Below, piece by piece: positions 1 to 7,214 of a DNA stretch of 64,000 nt (positions within the stretch are counted from its first letter, which is position 1; the number at the start of each line of letters is the position of its first letter). The position numbers were made by a program, and so were the translations under genes. The stretch lies in the IMG/VR virus record IMGVR_UViG_3300024350_000252, positions 62,001 through 126,000 of that record; one strand, given 5' to 3'. The notes under the pieces were generated by a model. The model was not told the origin of the DNA. It saw only the letters and a program-made list of their open reading frames with translations, and searched no databases.

Positions 1-1
1 A

Positions 2-547
2 ATGGCCGACAACAATCTAGAAACACTAAGACGTGCTGTAGACGGTTTAGACGATCTTATACAGACAGGCGATAACTTGCCTGAATGGTGCCAGGAAAAG
101 ATCGCTGTAGCTAAAAATATGCTAGTAGCAGTGTGGGATTATATGGAATCAGAAGAAGCCACACATCAAGAAACAGAAGCCATGAACATGCCATTTGCTG
201 GCGCTGCTGTTGGGCATAAAGAAGGTCCAGCCGGTCAACTGAAAGGCCGCATGAAGCGTCCGGCTAGCGCAGGAGATCTAGTAGGCGGTGAGAGCATCGA
301 GAATGAAGCCAAGTATCATGGCAAGGAAGTTCCGCTAGGTAAAAAACTTCCCGGTGATGTTAAAAAATCTAAAGTCTATGTACGCGATCCAAAGACCGGC
401 AACATTAAAAAAGTAAACTTTGGTGATAAGAAAATGCGTATTAAGAAATCAAATCCTGCTCGTCGTAAGTCATTTAGAGCAAGACATAATTGCGCTAATC
501 CAGGACCACGCACTAAAGCTCGTTACTGGTCATGTAGGAGCTGGTAA
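2..547 (+). CDS. Two-domain hypothetical phage protein with basic C-terminal domain (RKSFRARHNC...ARYWSC), possibly 5'-truncated
   Basis: ORF track; C-terminal Lys/Arg-rich motif resembles a domain recurrent in aquatic T4-like phages; ATG at the window edge so the true start is uncertain. Confidence 0.75.
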   Translation: MADNNLETLRRAVDGLDDLIQTGDNLPEWCQEKIAVAKNMLVAVWDYMESEEATHQETEAMNMPFAGAAVGHKEGPAGQLKGRMKRPASAGDLVGGESIENEAKYHGKEVPLGKKLPGDVKKSKVYVRDPKTGNIKKVNFGDKKMRIKKSNPARRKSFRARHNCANPGPRTKARYWSCRSW

Positions 548-888
548 TGAGATTACAAGAGCTTTTTGCATCTCTTGAGAAAGAACAAGATCATAGACTA
601 GATCCTGAAATAAACTATCTAGCTGATCTTAAATTTTTCATCGACAACGATAATGATATCTTGTCTAAATTTTTCTTTCCTGCTATAAAACAACATAAAG
701 ACACTGCGTCACCAGACGACTATCATCACTATGTTGAACCCATTAAAAAGACCATAGTGATTTATTGTAAGAAACATGATCTCGATGATGTCAAAGATGA
801 CATATTCGGTGAAGATGATATTCTAGAACTAGCTAAGAGAATGGCTCAAGAACAACATAGATATATAGACCGAGGCGATTACGAATAA
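547..888 (+). CDS. Hypothetical protein, putative head-internal protein (N-terminus MRLQEL)
   Basis: TAATG-coupled to upstream gene; shares N-terminal motif with neighbours. Confidence 0.8.
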   Translation: MRLQELFASLEKEQDHRLDPEINYLADLKFFIDNDNDILSKFFFPAIKQHKDTASPDDYHHYVEPIKKTIVIYCKKHDLDDVKDDIFGEDDILELAKRMAQEQHRYIDRGDYE

Positions 889-1979
889 TGAGACTAAAGC
901 AGTTATGGGAAGATTCGGGAGATTCTATAGCATTCTGTTTTGGTAGAATGAATCCTCCCACGCGAGGGCATAAAGCTGTGTTTGATACACTAGCAAAAAC
1001 CAACAAGAACTATAGAATATTCATTAGCCCCGCACAAAAACCCTTAAAAAATAATCCATTAGACTTTGATACAAAAATCAAATTTATCAGAGTGATGTTT
1101 CCAGAACATGCCGCACATGTTTCAGCAGATCCTGGCCTAAACACTATCATGGCTATCGCTGCTAAACTGTACGATGAAGGTTACAGGAAAATCACATTCG
1201 TAGGTGGCAGTGATAGAGTTGGCACATTCAAAGAGCTACTAGACAAATATAATGGGGTAGAAATGCCCAACGGCATGTACAACTTTGAAGAAATAAATGT
1301 TGTTACTAGCGGAGACAGAGATCCCGATGACGAGGGACTAGCAGGAATTAGTGCTAGTGGCGCACGTGATGCTGCTAGAGCAGGAGATGTAGAAGCATTC
1401 ACTGAAATAACAGGTGCAGGCAAGTATGCCAAGCAATTATATGATGCTGTACGTTCGGGATTAAAAATCAAAGAAGAAGTTAATGAAGGTCCATTAGAAC
1501 TTAACACTAAAGATCCTGTTGTAGTTATATCTGATCCTAAGACAGGAAAGATACTAGATAAAATGAATCTGTCTGCCGCTGCTATAAAATATAGATTAGG
1601 TCCGCCAGAGAATGTCAAGCAACAATTAGCACATCAAAACTACACTACCATAGGAAACTATGTAGTACAGGCACCAATGACAGGACAAGCCGCAGAGGCA
1701 ATATTAGTAAATGATCCAGAGAAAGGTGCTCAGATCCGTCCAGACGGTGGTATGGGAACTTGGGATGAAAAATCTCTAGTATCTAACCTAAGCCGTAAAT
1801 TTGAATCTATACAAGAGTTTCTCAAATACGGTAACTACGAAAATATCGAATACGTATTATACAAAGCAGGTGCTATGGAATCTATGATAACAGCGTTAGC
1901 ACAATACAATAGATTCAAACAGAAACAAGGCAAACGCCCCATAGGCAGAGGCCGAGAAATAGATATGGGGAAATACTGA
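888..1979 (+). CDS. HIGH-superfamily nucleotidyltransferase (cytidylyltransferase/NMNAT-like) with two extra C-terminal domains
   Basis: FGRMNPPTRGH (HxGH-like motif), NPL motif, GGSDR, and ISASxxR (KMSKS-like) motif. Confidence 0.8.
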   Translation: MRLKQLWEDSGDSIAFCFGRMNPPTRGHKAVFDTLAKTNKNYRIFISPAQKPLKNNPLDFDTKIKFIRVMFPEHAAHVSADPGLNTIMAIAAKLYDEGYRKITFVGGSDRVGTFKELLDKYNGVEMPNGMYNFEEINVVTSGDRDPDDEGLAGISASGARDAARAGDVEAFTEITGAGKYAKQLYDAVRSGLKIKEEVNEGPLELNTKDPVVVISDPKTGKILDKMNLSAAAIKYRLGPPENVKQQLAHQNYTTIGNYVVQAPMTGQAAEAILVNDPEKGAQIRPDGGMGTWDEKSLVSNLSRKFESIQEFLKYGNYENIEYVLYKAGAMESMITALAQYNRFKQKQGKRPIGRGREIDMGKY

Positions 1980-2164
1980 TGCGTCTACGTGACTTATTTG
2001 AAAACGACTTACCTAAAAAGAGAGATCCTAATTGGAAAACTCTACAGGCCAAGCGTACTAGTGGTGCTGCTGGTGTTCATCGCGATAAGAAAAAAGAACA
2101 GAAGCAAGGCTACGAAAAACATAAAAGTAAATCTACAGAAGAATCTCAAGATGGAACTCAGTGA
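1979..2164 (+). CDS. Small basic hypothetical protein (MRLRDL; AGVHRDKKK...KHK)
   Basis: TGATG overlap with upstream stop; very Lys-rich; shared N-terminal motif. Confidence 0.7.
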   Translation: MRLRDLFENDLPKKRDPNWKTLQAKRTSGAAGVHRDKKKEQKQGYEKHKSKSTEESQDGTQ

Positions 2165-2354
2165 ATTAAAACGCCTAGCAGGCATAACAGAATTTAAGGG
2201 CTATCAGCCATACGGCGGTAGCAATATAAGTATTACTGGCAATGAAAAAGGCGAACTGATGAAAAAACACAATATCAAACCAGGAACACCTGAATGGTTC
2301 CAGTTATGGTTTAGCAAGCCTTATCTAACCGGTGAAAAACCTGTAGGAAAATAA
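2151..2354 (+). CDS. Small hypothetical protein (MELSELKRLAGI...PGTPEWFQLWF)
   Basis: Internal ATG at 2151 of track ORF 1989..2354 avoids a long overlap and gives the shared N-terminal motif. Confidence 0.7.
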   Translation: MELSELKRLAGITEFKGYQPYGGSNISITGNEKGELMKKHNIKPGTPEWFQLWFSKPYLTGEKPVGK

Positions 2355-2355
2355 A

Positions 2356-2700
2356 ATGCGTTGGAAAGAAATAACAGAAGGTTTGAAAAAAGAAAATACC
2401 ACAGTACATGGCGCTAAAACCTTTCCTGCGATCAAAGGATGGACTTATGATATGTATAGATGGGGTGTGGCTGCAGCTGGTAGCCCAGATCCACTACATG
2501 ACATGGCTAAAGAAAGCGATATCGCTAATAATCTAGTAGCTGTACAATTCAGTGATGGCGATAGAGAAATCATAGACCACAGCGCAAAAAGAATTGGTTT
2601 GAAAACACAAAAAATAGGTCCCGACAAAAGAAAAGAAAGCGAACACATCAACAATGCTAGTCCTGTAGCTAATGTAAAAAGAAATCGTTTCGGAGTTTAA
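2356..2700 (+). CDS. Hypothetical protein (MRWKEITE)
   Basis: ORF track; tight packing; shared N-terminal motif. Confidence 0.75.
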   Translation: MRWKEITEGLKKENTTVHGAKTFPAIKGWTYDMYRWGVAAAGSPDPLHDMAKESDIANNLVAVQFSDGDREIIDHSAKRIGLKTQKIGPDKRKESEHINNASPVANVKRNRFGV

Positions 2701-2701
2701 C

Positions 2702-3025
2702 ATGGTAGAAATCACTCCAGCAGCAAAAGTCAAAATACAAGATTTACTTTCAGAAGAAAATAATGAAAATCTAAAACTTCGTACCTTTGTACAAGGTGGA
2801 GGATGTAGTGGGTTTAGTTATGGGTTTACTTTTGATGATGTAAAAAACGATGATGATTTTTCTATAGATATCGGACGTTGGCAAGTGCTTATCGATTCTA
2901 TGAGCATGATGTATCTAGAAGGTGCCAGCATAGATTACAAAGAAGATATCATGGGCAGTCAATTTGTTATCAGCAATCCTAATGCGCAAAGCACATGTGG
3001 TTGCGGGAGCAGTTTTTCAGTATGA
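2702..3025 (+). CDS. erpA: A-type iron-sulfur cluster carrier (HesB/IscA/ErpA family)
   Basis: GGGCSGFSY and C-terminal [14 protein letters not shown] motifs with three conserved Cys. Confidence 0.93.
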   Translation: MVEITPAAKVKIQDLLSEENNENLKLRTFVQGGGCSGFSYGFTFDDVKNDDDFSIDIGRWQVLIDSMSMMYLEGASIDYKEDIMGSQFVISNPNAQSTCGCGSSFSV

Positions 3026-3093
3026 ACGAGTATCCAGTATATCCAGAGGATGATGGTTATGACCGTCCGAGAAACCCTTATAGCCCTGTTTAA
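3022..3093 (+). CDS. Possible 23-aa Pro/Tyr-rich micropeptide ([23 protein letters not shown])
   Basis: ATG overlaps the erpA stop (ATGA); below the ORF-track cutoff. Confidence 0.4.
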   Translation: MNEYPVYPEDDGYDRPRNPYSPV

Positions 3094-3146
3094 AGACATA
3101 CTAGAAGGAATTATTAGATTTGGTTGTGGCCTAGCAGGAATAATTT

Positions 3147-4241
3147 ATGAGAGCAAGTGAATTAAAATTACCGCAGGGAATGGAAGTCTATGTTGACATG
3201 GACGGTGTCCTCGCAGATTTTTTCTCAGAATATGCCAAACTAGCCGGTATCGAATCAGGCAACTACAGAGACATTCCTCCAGCTAAAGCAGATCCAACGT
3301 TAAACAAGATGATAGGCACTGACTTCTTTTATAGATTGCCTAAGTTTCCTACCGCTGACAAACTACTAGATATCGTTGTCGATGCTGCTGGCAGCTATAA
3401 TATCTGTTCAAGCCCTCTCAGAGGCGATCACGAAAATTCCGGTGTACAAAAAAGACGCTGGATAGAAAAACATCTAGCAGTAAAACCTAAAAATATTTTT
3501 ATAGTAGCTAACAAAGCCAAGTACGCAGTCAATGCCAATGGCATGCCTAATGTCTTAATAGATGATAGAGGTAGCAACATTTCATCCTGGGAAGCAGCAG
3601 GCGGTATAGGTATCAAATATCAAGCTGACGAAGATACACTTAAAAAAGTATTAGATGGGTTGAAACGTGCCCGTCGTGTTGGTCAAGGAGAAGAGCCTCA
3701 CGAACCACAACAGCTAATCAGCAAAGATAGAGGCGGCAGCAATGCTATCGCTACTGCCAAAGACGAAAGTATCGAAGAATCAAGAAGATCTGGGTTTTAT
3801 TCTGTACACAAGTTCTTAACAAAATACAATAGATTCGACCCTATAGGCAGTCCTACTAAGTTTTCCGGAAGTGCTGTCGGCAAGACTTTGGACTATCTCA
3901 AACAGACTAACATGCCAGTAAAGGTAACTATCAATGATCATAAAGGTGAATTTGATAGTGTGATTATCGAACCGGGCGATCACGTAAAACGTGCTGTCGA
4001 AAGACTGGGTTTCATAGATGACAGTCCGGATGTAGCATTAGACGTTAAAGAAGTTAGCAAGCAAGGTGTGGCGGAAAACTTTGCTGATGGCAAAGGACCA
4101 GGTCGCCCAGGTGATAGCCAACGCCATGGAATACCTAAAAAAGCCACTATGGCTGAATTAGAAAAAGCCTCACACGCTAAAGGACGTAAAGGACAGCTAG
4201 CCCGTTGGCAAATAAATATGAGACGGGGTAGAAAGAAATGA
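3147..4241 (+). CDS. HAD-family 5'(3')-deoxyribonucleotidase (NT5C-like) fused to two further domains, ending in a basic ENFADGK...RRGRKK module
   Basis: YVDMDGVL (DxDGV) and LIDDR motifs, W...GGIGI; additional ~190 aa C-terminal. Confidence 0.85.
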   Translation: MRASELKLPQGMEVYVDMDGVLADFFSEYAKLAGIESGNYRDIPPAKADPTLNKMIGTDFFYRLPKFPTADKLLDIVVDAAGSYNICSSPLRGDHENSGVQKRRWIEKHLAVKPKNIFIVANKAKYAVNANGMPNVLIDDRGSNISSWEAAGGIGIKYQADEDTLKKVLDGLKRARRVGQGEEPHEPQQLISKDRGGSNAIATAKDESIEESRRSGFYSVHKFLTKYNRFDPIGSPTKFSGSAVGKTLDYLKQTNMPVKVTINDHKGEFDSVIIEPGDHVKRAVERLGFIDDSPDVALDVKEVSKQGVAENFADGKGPGRPGDSQRHGIPKKATMAELEKASHAKGRKGQLARWQINMRRGRKK

Positions 4242-4423
4242 GATTTGGCGAGCTAGTAAATGATTATAGATATTATGGAGCTAGGATCAAGGTAAAACTT
4301 AATGGATCTACTTCTTACATTGATACAGCAGTTAACGCTAAAAACAGAGAAATGGCTAGGAGATTGTTTAAAGTAATGTACGGGCCCAGCTCTATGGTAA
4401 CTAATGTACGAGAAATCAAATGA
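4238..4423 (+). CDS. Small hypothetical protein (MRFGEL)
   Basis: ATGA coupling on both sides; shared N-terminal motif. Confidence 0.7.
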   Translation: MRFGELVNDYRYYGARIKVKLNGSTSYIDTAVNAKNREMARRLFKVMYGPSSMVTNVREIK

Positions 4424-4611
4424 AATTAGCAGAACTACTAGCAAAACCATCAAAAATCAAGGAATCTGCTACAGCAGGTGCTACTAGCGCAGGAAATATA
4501 GCGTCTGTAGCCAACCCTAACATAGCTAGATCTAAGAAAAAAGTAAAAACAGCTAATGCCCTTGATACCAAGGACGTAAGCATATTCGGCGGTCCGGCTT
4601 TCAAAAGATAA
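4420..4611 (+). CDS. Small hypothetical protein (MKLAEL...ESATAGATSAGNIASV)
   Basis: ATGA coupling; shared N-terminal motif. Confidence 0.7.
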   Translation: MKLAELLAKPSKIKESATAGATSAGNIASVANPNIARSKKKVKTANALDTKDVSIFGGPAFKR

Positions 4612-4614
4612 ATA
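4608..4614 (+). promoter_or_regulatory. Putative late promoter (ATAAATA)
   Basis: Resembles T4 late consensus TATAAATA; at the start of an intergenic gap upstream of 4674. Confidence 0.5.
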
Positions 4615-4673
4615 TACGTATGAAAAGAAAGCTCATGGAGCCAACAAGTTAATGAAGACCCAAGGAAAATAAC

Positions 4674-5909
4674 ATGGATTTTAAAGCACTCATCCAAAAA
4701 ATAGACAGTATTGATATTCCAGCGACGCCTGTAGCAGCACCAAAGCTAGCTGATCCCGTCGTACTAGAAGAAAGCATGGCTATCAAGGTTCTAGCAGGAG
4801 TTACTCCGCTAACAGAATCAATTCTAGCTGAAAAGAAAGCCAAGCCCGATTTCCTAGATATGGATAAAGATGGCAACAAGAAAGAGCCAATGAAAAAGGC
4901 AGCTAAAGACGCTAAGGTCAAAGAAGCTTCCGAACACAAAGACAAGGATTCATTTGATAAGAGTGCTAAACCAGGTGATACTGTCAAAACTTCTAAGGGC
5001 ACATTGACCAAGACCAAGACTGGTGTCAAGCATGAGCGCAAATATACAGAAGGTATGGAAAGCACAGCAGAAATGGCTCATCACCATGCTTCAGAATATG
5101 CCAAGCATCACAAAGCAGGAAACCTAGAGATGTGTATGCATCACAAAGAATCCTGTGAAAAATGCGGTGGTAAGATTTCACACGGTGAAATGGGTGAATG
5201 CTACCATCAACACGCAGGCATGAACCAAGGTCAACCATACAATGTACAAGAAGGTGTTATCGGCGCAGGAGTAGGCGCTGGCCTAGGAGCTCTAGTCGGT
5301 GGACCAGTTGGTGCTGTCGTAGGTGGCGGTTTGGGTCAAGCTGTAACCAATTCTATGACCAACGAAACTAAAAAGTGTACCTGTGAAACTGTAGGCAAGA
5401 CCAAATGCTCAGTACATGGTTCGATGAAAGAAGCTTCTACAGGAGATTATTCTGCCAAGAAAGCTCGCGCTGGTAAAGACATTGGTAAGCCAGGTAAGAA
5501 CTTTTCTAAGATTGCTAAGTCAGCAGGTGGTGGAGAAAAAGGCAAGAAGATTGCCGGCGCTGTGTTAAAGAAACAACGTGCCAACGAAGCTGCCAAACCA
5601 GATTATATCGATCTAGACAAAGATGGTAACAAGAAAGAGCCAATGAAGAAGGCAGCTAAGGATGCTAAAACCAAGAAGCCTATGAAAGAATCAGTAGAAA
5701 CAAAACTGACCTTTGTCAATGCTCTTGCTATCGTTAAAGAAAGCAATTACACAAAACAGATCGATCCTAAAGATGAAGCACTGTGGGATTGGGCTCAACG
5801 TGTAGCAAAAAACAAATTCACTGAATCAGCAAAAGCAGATGCGTTTGCCGCTATGACCTATGAAAGAATGGGCGGTGATTGGGACGTCTGCGATACTATT
5901 ACAGAATAA
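4674..5909 (+). CDS. Modular Lys-rich protein, probable head-internal/core protein
   Basis: Two DxDxDG-containing repeats, His/Cys-rich segment, glycine zipper, many hydrophobic-x-E linkers. Confidence 0.75.
   Translation: MDFKALIQKIDSIDIPATPVAAPKLADPVVLEESMAIKVLAGVTPLTESILAEKKAKPDFLDMDKDGNKKEPMKKAAKDAKVKEASEHKDKDSFDKSAKPGDTVKTSKGTLTKTKTGVKHERKYTEGMESTAEMAHHHASEYAKHHKAGNLEMCMHHKESCEKCGGKISHGEMGECYHQHAGMNQGQPYNVQEGVIGAGVGAGLGALVGGPVGAVVGGGLGQAVTNSMTNETKKCTCETVGKTKCSVHGSMKEASTGDYSAKKARAGKDIGKPGKNFSKIAKSAGGGEKGKKIAGAVLKKQRANEAAKPDYIDLDKDGNKKEPMKKAAKDAKTKKPMKESVETKLTFVNALAIVKESNYTKQIDPKDEALWDWAQRVAKNKFTESAKADAFAAMTYERMGGDWDVCDTITE
4839..5669 (+). repeat. Two diverged 78-nt intragenic repeats (4839-4916 and 5592-5669) encoding AKPD(F/Y)(L/I)D(M/L)DKDGNKKEPMKKAAKDAK
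   Basis: Direct comparison of DNA and protein sequence. Confidence 0.9.
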
Positions 5910-5920
5910 GGAAATAAAAG

Positions 5921-6535
5921 ATGGCTAGTCTAGAACAAATCCAAGCTGCTTTCCCACATGCTAATCCTAACAGAATAGCTGAACTATATGATGGATTCAT
6001 GGAAGCATTTGAATTGTTTGAAATTAACACACCTTCAAGACAAGCTGCTTTCTTAGCGCAATGCGCACATGAAAGTGGCAACTTTAATGCTATGGTAGAA
6101 AATCTAAATTACTCAGCCGATGGTTTACAAAAGATTTTCCATAAGTATTTTCCAGATTCAGAAATAGCAAGTCAATACGCTCGCAAACCAGAAATGATTG
6201 CCAACAGAGTGTATGCTAACAGAATGGGCAACGGTGACGAAGCCAGCGGAGATGGTTTCCGCTATCGTGGTCGTGGACTGATCCAAGTCACAGGCAAGAA
6301 CAACTACAGAGCCTGTGGTGATGCTCTTGGTGCTGATTTATTATCAGAACCAGATCTATTAGAAACATCCCCAGGCGCAGTACTATCAGCTGGTTGGTTC
6401 TGGGCTGCTAATGGGTTGAATGCCTACGCAGATGCCGGCGACATCCTAACAATGACCAAACGTATCAATGGCGGCACTATTGGTCTAGAAGATCGCAAAA
6501 AGCATTACGAACACGCGATGCACGTTTTGGCATAA
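5921..6535 (+). CDS. Glycoside hydrolase family 19 endolysin
   Basis: AFLAQCAHESG, ENLNY, YANRMGNG, YRGRGLIQVTG, INGG motifs. Confidence 0.93.
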   Translation: MASLEQIQAAFPHANPNRIAELYDGFMEAFELFEINTPSRQAAFLAQCAHESGNFNAMVENLNYSADGLQKIFHKYFPDSEIASQYARKPEMIANRVYANRMGNGDEASGDGFRYRGRGLIQVTGKNNYRACGDALGADLLSEPDLLETSPGAVLSAGWFWAANGLNAYADAGDILTMTKRINGGTIGLEDRKKHYEHAMHVLA

Positions 6536-6541
6536 AAATTT

Positions 6542-6571
6542 TTGCTCTTCGGGGCTCAAGTCATATATAAT
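6542..6571 (+). promoter_or_regulatory. Putative sigma70-type promoter TTGCTC-N18-TATAAT
   Basis: Perfect -10 at 6566-6571 in intergenic gap, followed by AGGAG RBS. Confidence 0.5.
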
Positions 6572-6594
6572 AGCTATATTAGGAGTTATTATAA

Positions 6595-6855
6595 ATGGCT
6601 AAAATTTACGGTCCCGAAGAAAAAGCAAAATTAGAACGTTTAATCGCAGAAGGTTCTAATGTTCTAAGAGAAGTAGAAGACCTACAAGAAGGTCTTAAAG
6701 AAACTGTCAAAGCTGTGGCAGAAGAACTCCAAGTAAAACCCAGCATCATCAACAAAGCTATACGTATCGCTCATAAGGGTAACTGGAAAGACCACGAATC
6801 TGAATGGGAAGAAATCGAAGGCATCCTCGGTGTTACTAAACATTTACCAGAATGA
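6595..6855 (+). CDS. Small dsDNA-binding protein (T4 DsbA / GapR-like)
   Basis: Helical 86 aa with E..DL....KE......AEEL.....IINKAIR pattern; AGGAG RBS. Confidence 0.6.
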   Translation: MAKIYGPEEKAKLERLIAEGSNVLREVEDLQEGLKETVKAVAEELQVKPSIINKAIRIAHKGNWKDHESEWEEIEGILGVTKHLPE

Positions 6856-7142
6856 TAGATCTATTAAAACCCACATTCGATTGGATTAGGGATGACTGGT
6901 CTAGTCATCCTGTCCGCTTTGTGGTGGAGTTGTTTGCTTGGGCTATCAGCATATTTTGTAGTATCACGATGGCAGTCACTGTACCAAACCCGCCTCTTTT
7001 GGCTCTCTACCCTGTTTGGATTACTGGCTGTGCTCTGTATGCTTGGGCTGCTTGGACTAGAAAAAGTTTCGGCATGTTGGCTAACTATATCTTGCTGACC
7101 AGTATCGATACTGTTGGCTTGATAAGAATGCTAACTAATTAA
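6852..7142 (+). CDS. Small 3-TM membrane protein (possible PnuC/SemiSWEET-like half transporter)
   Basis: Three hydrophobic segments; family assignment tentative. Confidence 0.65.
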   Translation: MIDLLKPTFDWIRDDWSSHPVRFVVELFAWAISIFCSITMAVTVPNPPLLALYPVWITGCALYAWAAWTRKSFGMLANYILLTSIDTVGLIRMLTN

Positions 7143-7155
7143 TATAGATTACGGT

Positions 7156-7203
7156 TGATCAGCCATAAATGATCAGTTTGGTATTTGCCAGCCCTAAATG
7201 GCA
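7156..7203 (+). promoter_or_regulatory. Tandem RNA hairpins with matching 8-nt loops abutting the polymerase RBS (putative translational operator)
   Basis: TGATCA-GCCATAAA-TGATCA (7156-7175) and TGCCA-GCCCTAAA-TGGCA (7186-7203); AGGAG at 7205-7209. Confidence 0.7.
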
Positions 7204-7214
7204 TAGGAGAATTG

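Noticed and set aside
5921-6535. GH19 gene as a true chitinase or auxiliary metabolic gene
   Set aside because: Phage GH19 proteins of this size and motif set are typically peptidoglycan-degrading endolysins.
6544-6555. GCTC-TTCG-GGGC cUUCGg hairpin as the endolysin terminator
   Set aside because: Only a 4-bp stem including a G-U pair, no downstream U-tract, and it overlaps a plausible -35 box.
7185-7214. Track start for the polymerase at 7185 (likewise 10750, 11144, 26362, 30070)
   Set aside because: Downstream ATGs have proper RBSs or avoid large overlaps, so starts were moved to 7215, 10780, 11177, 26404 and 30055.
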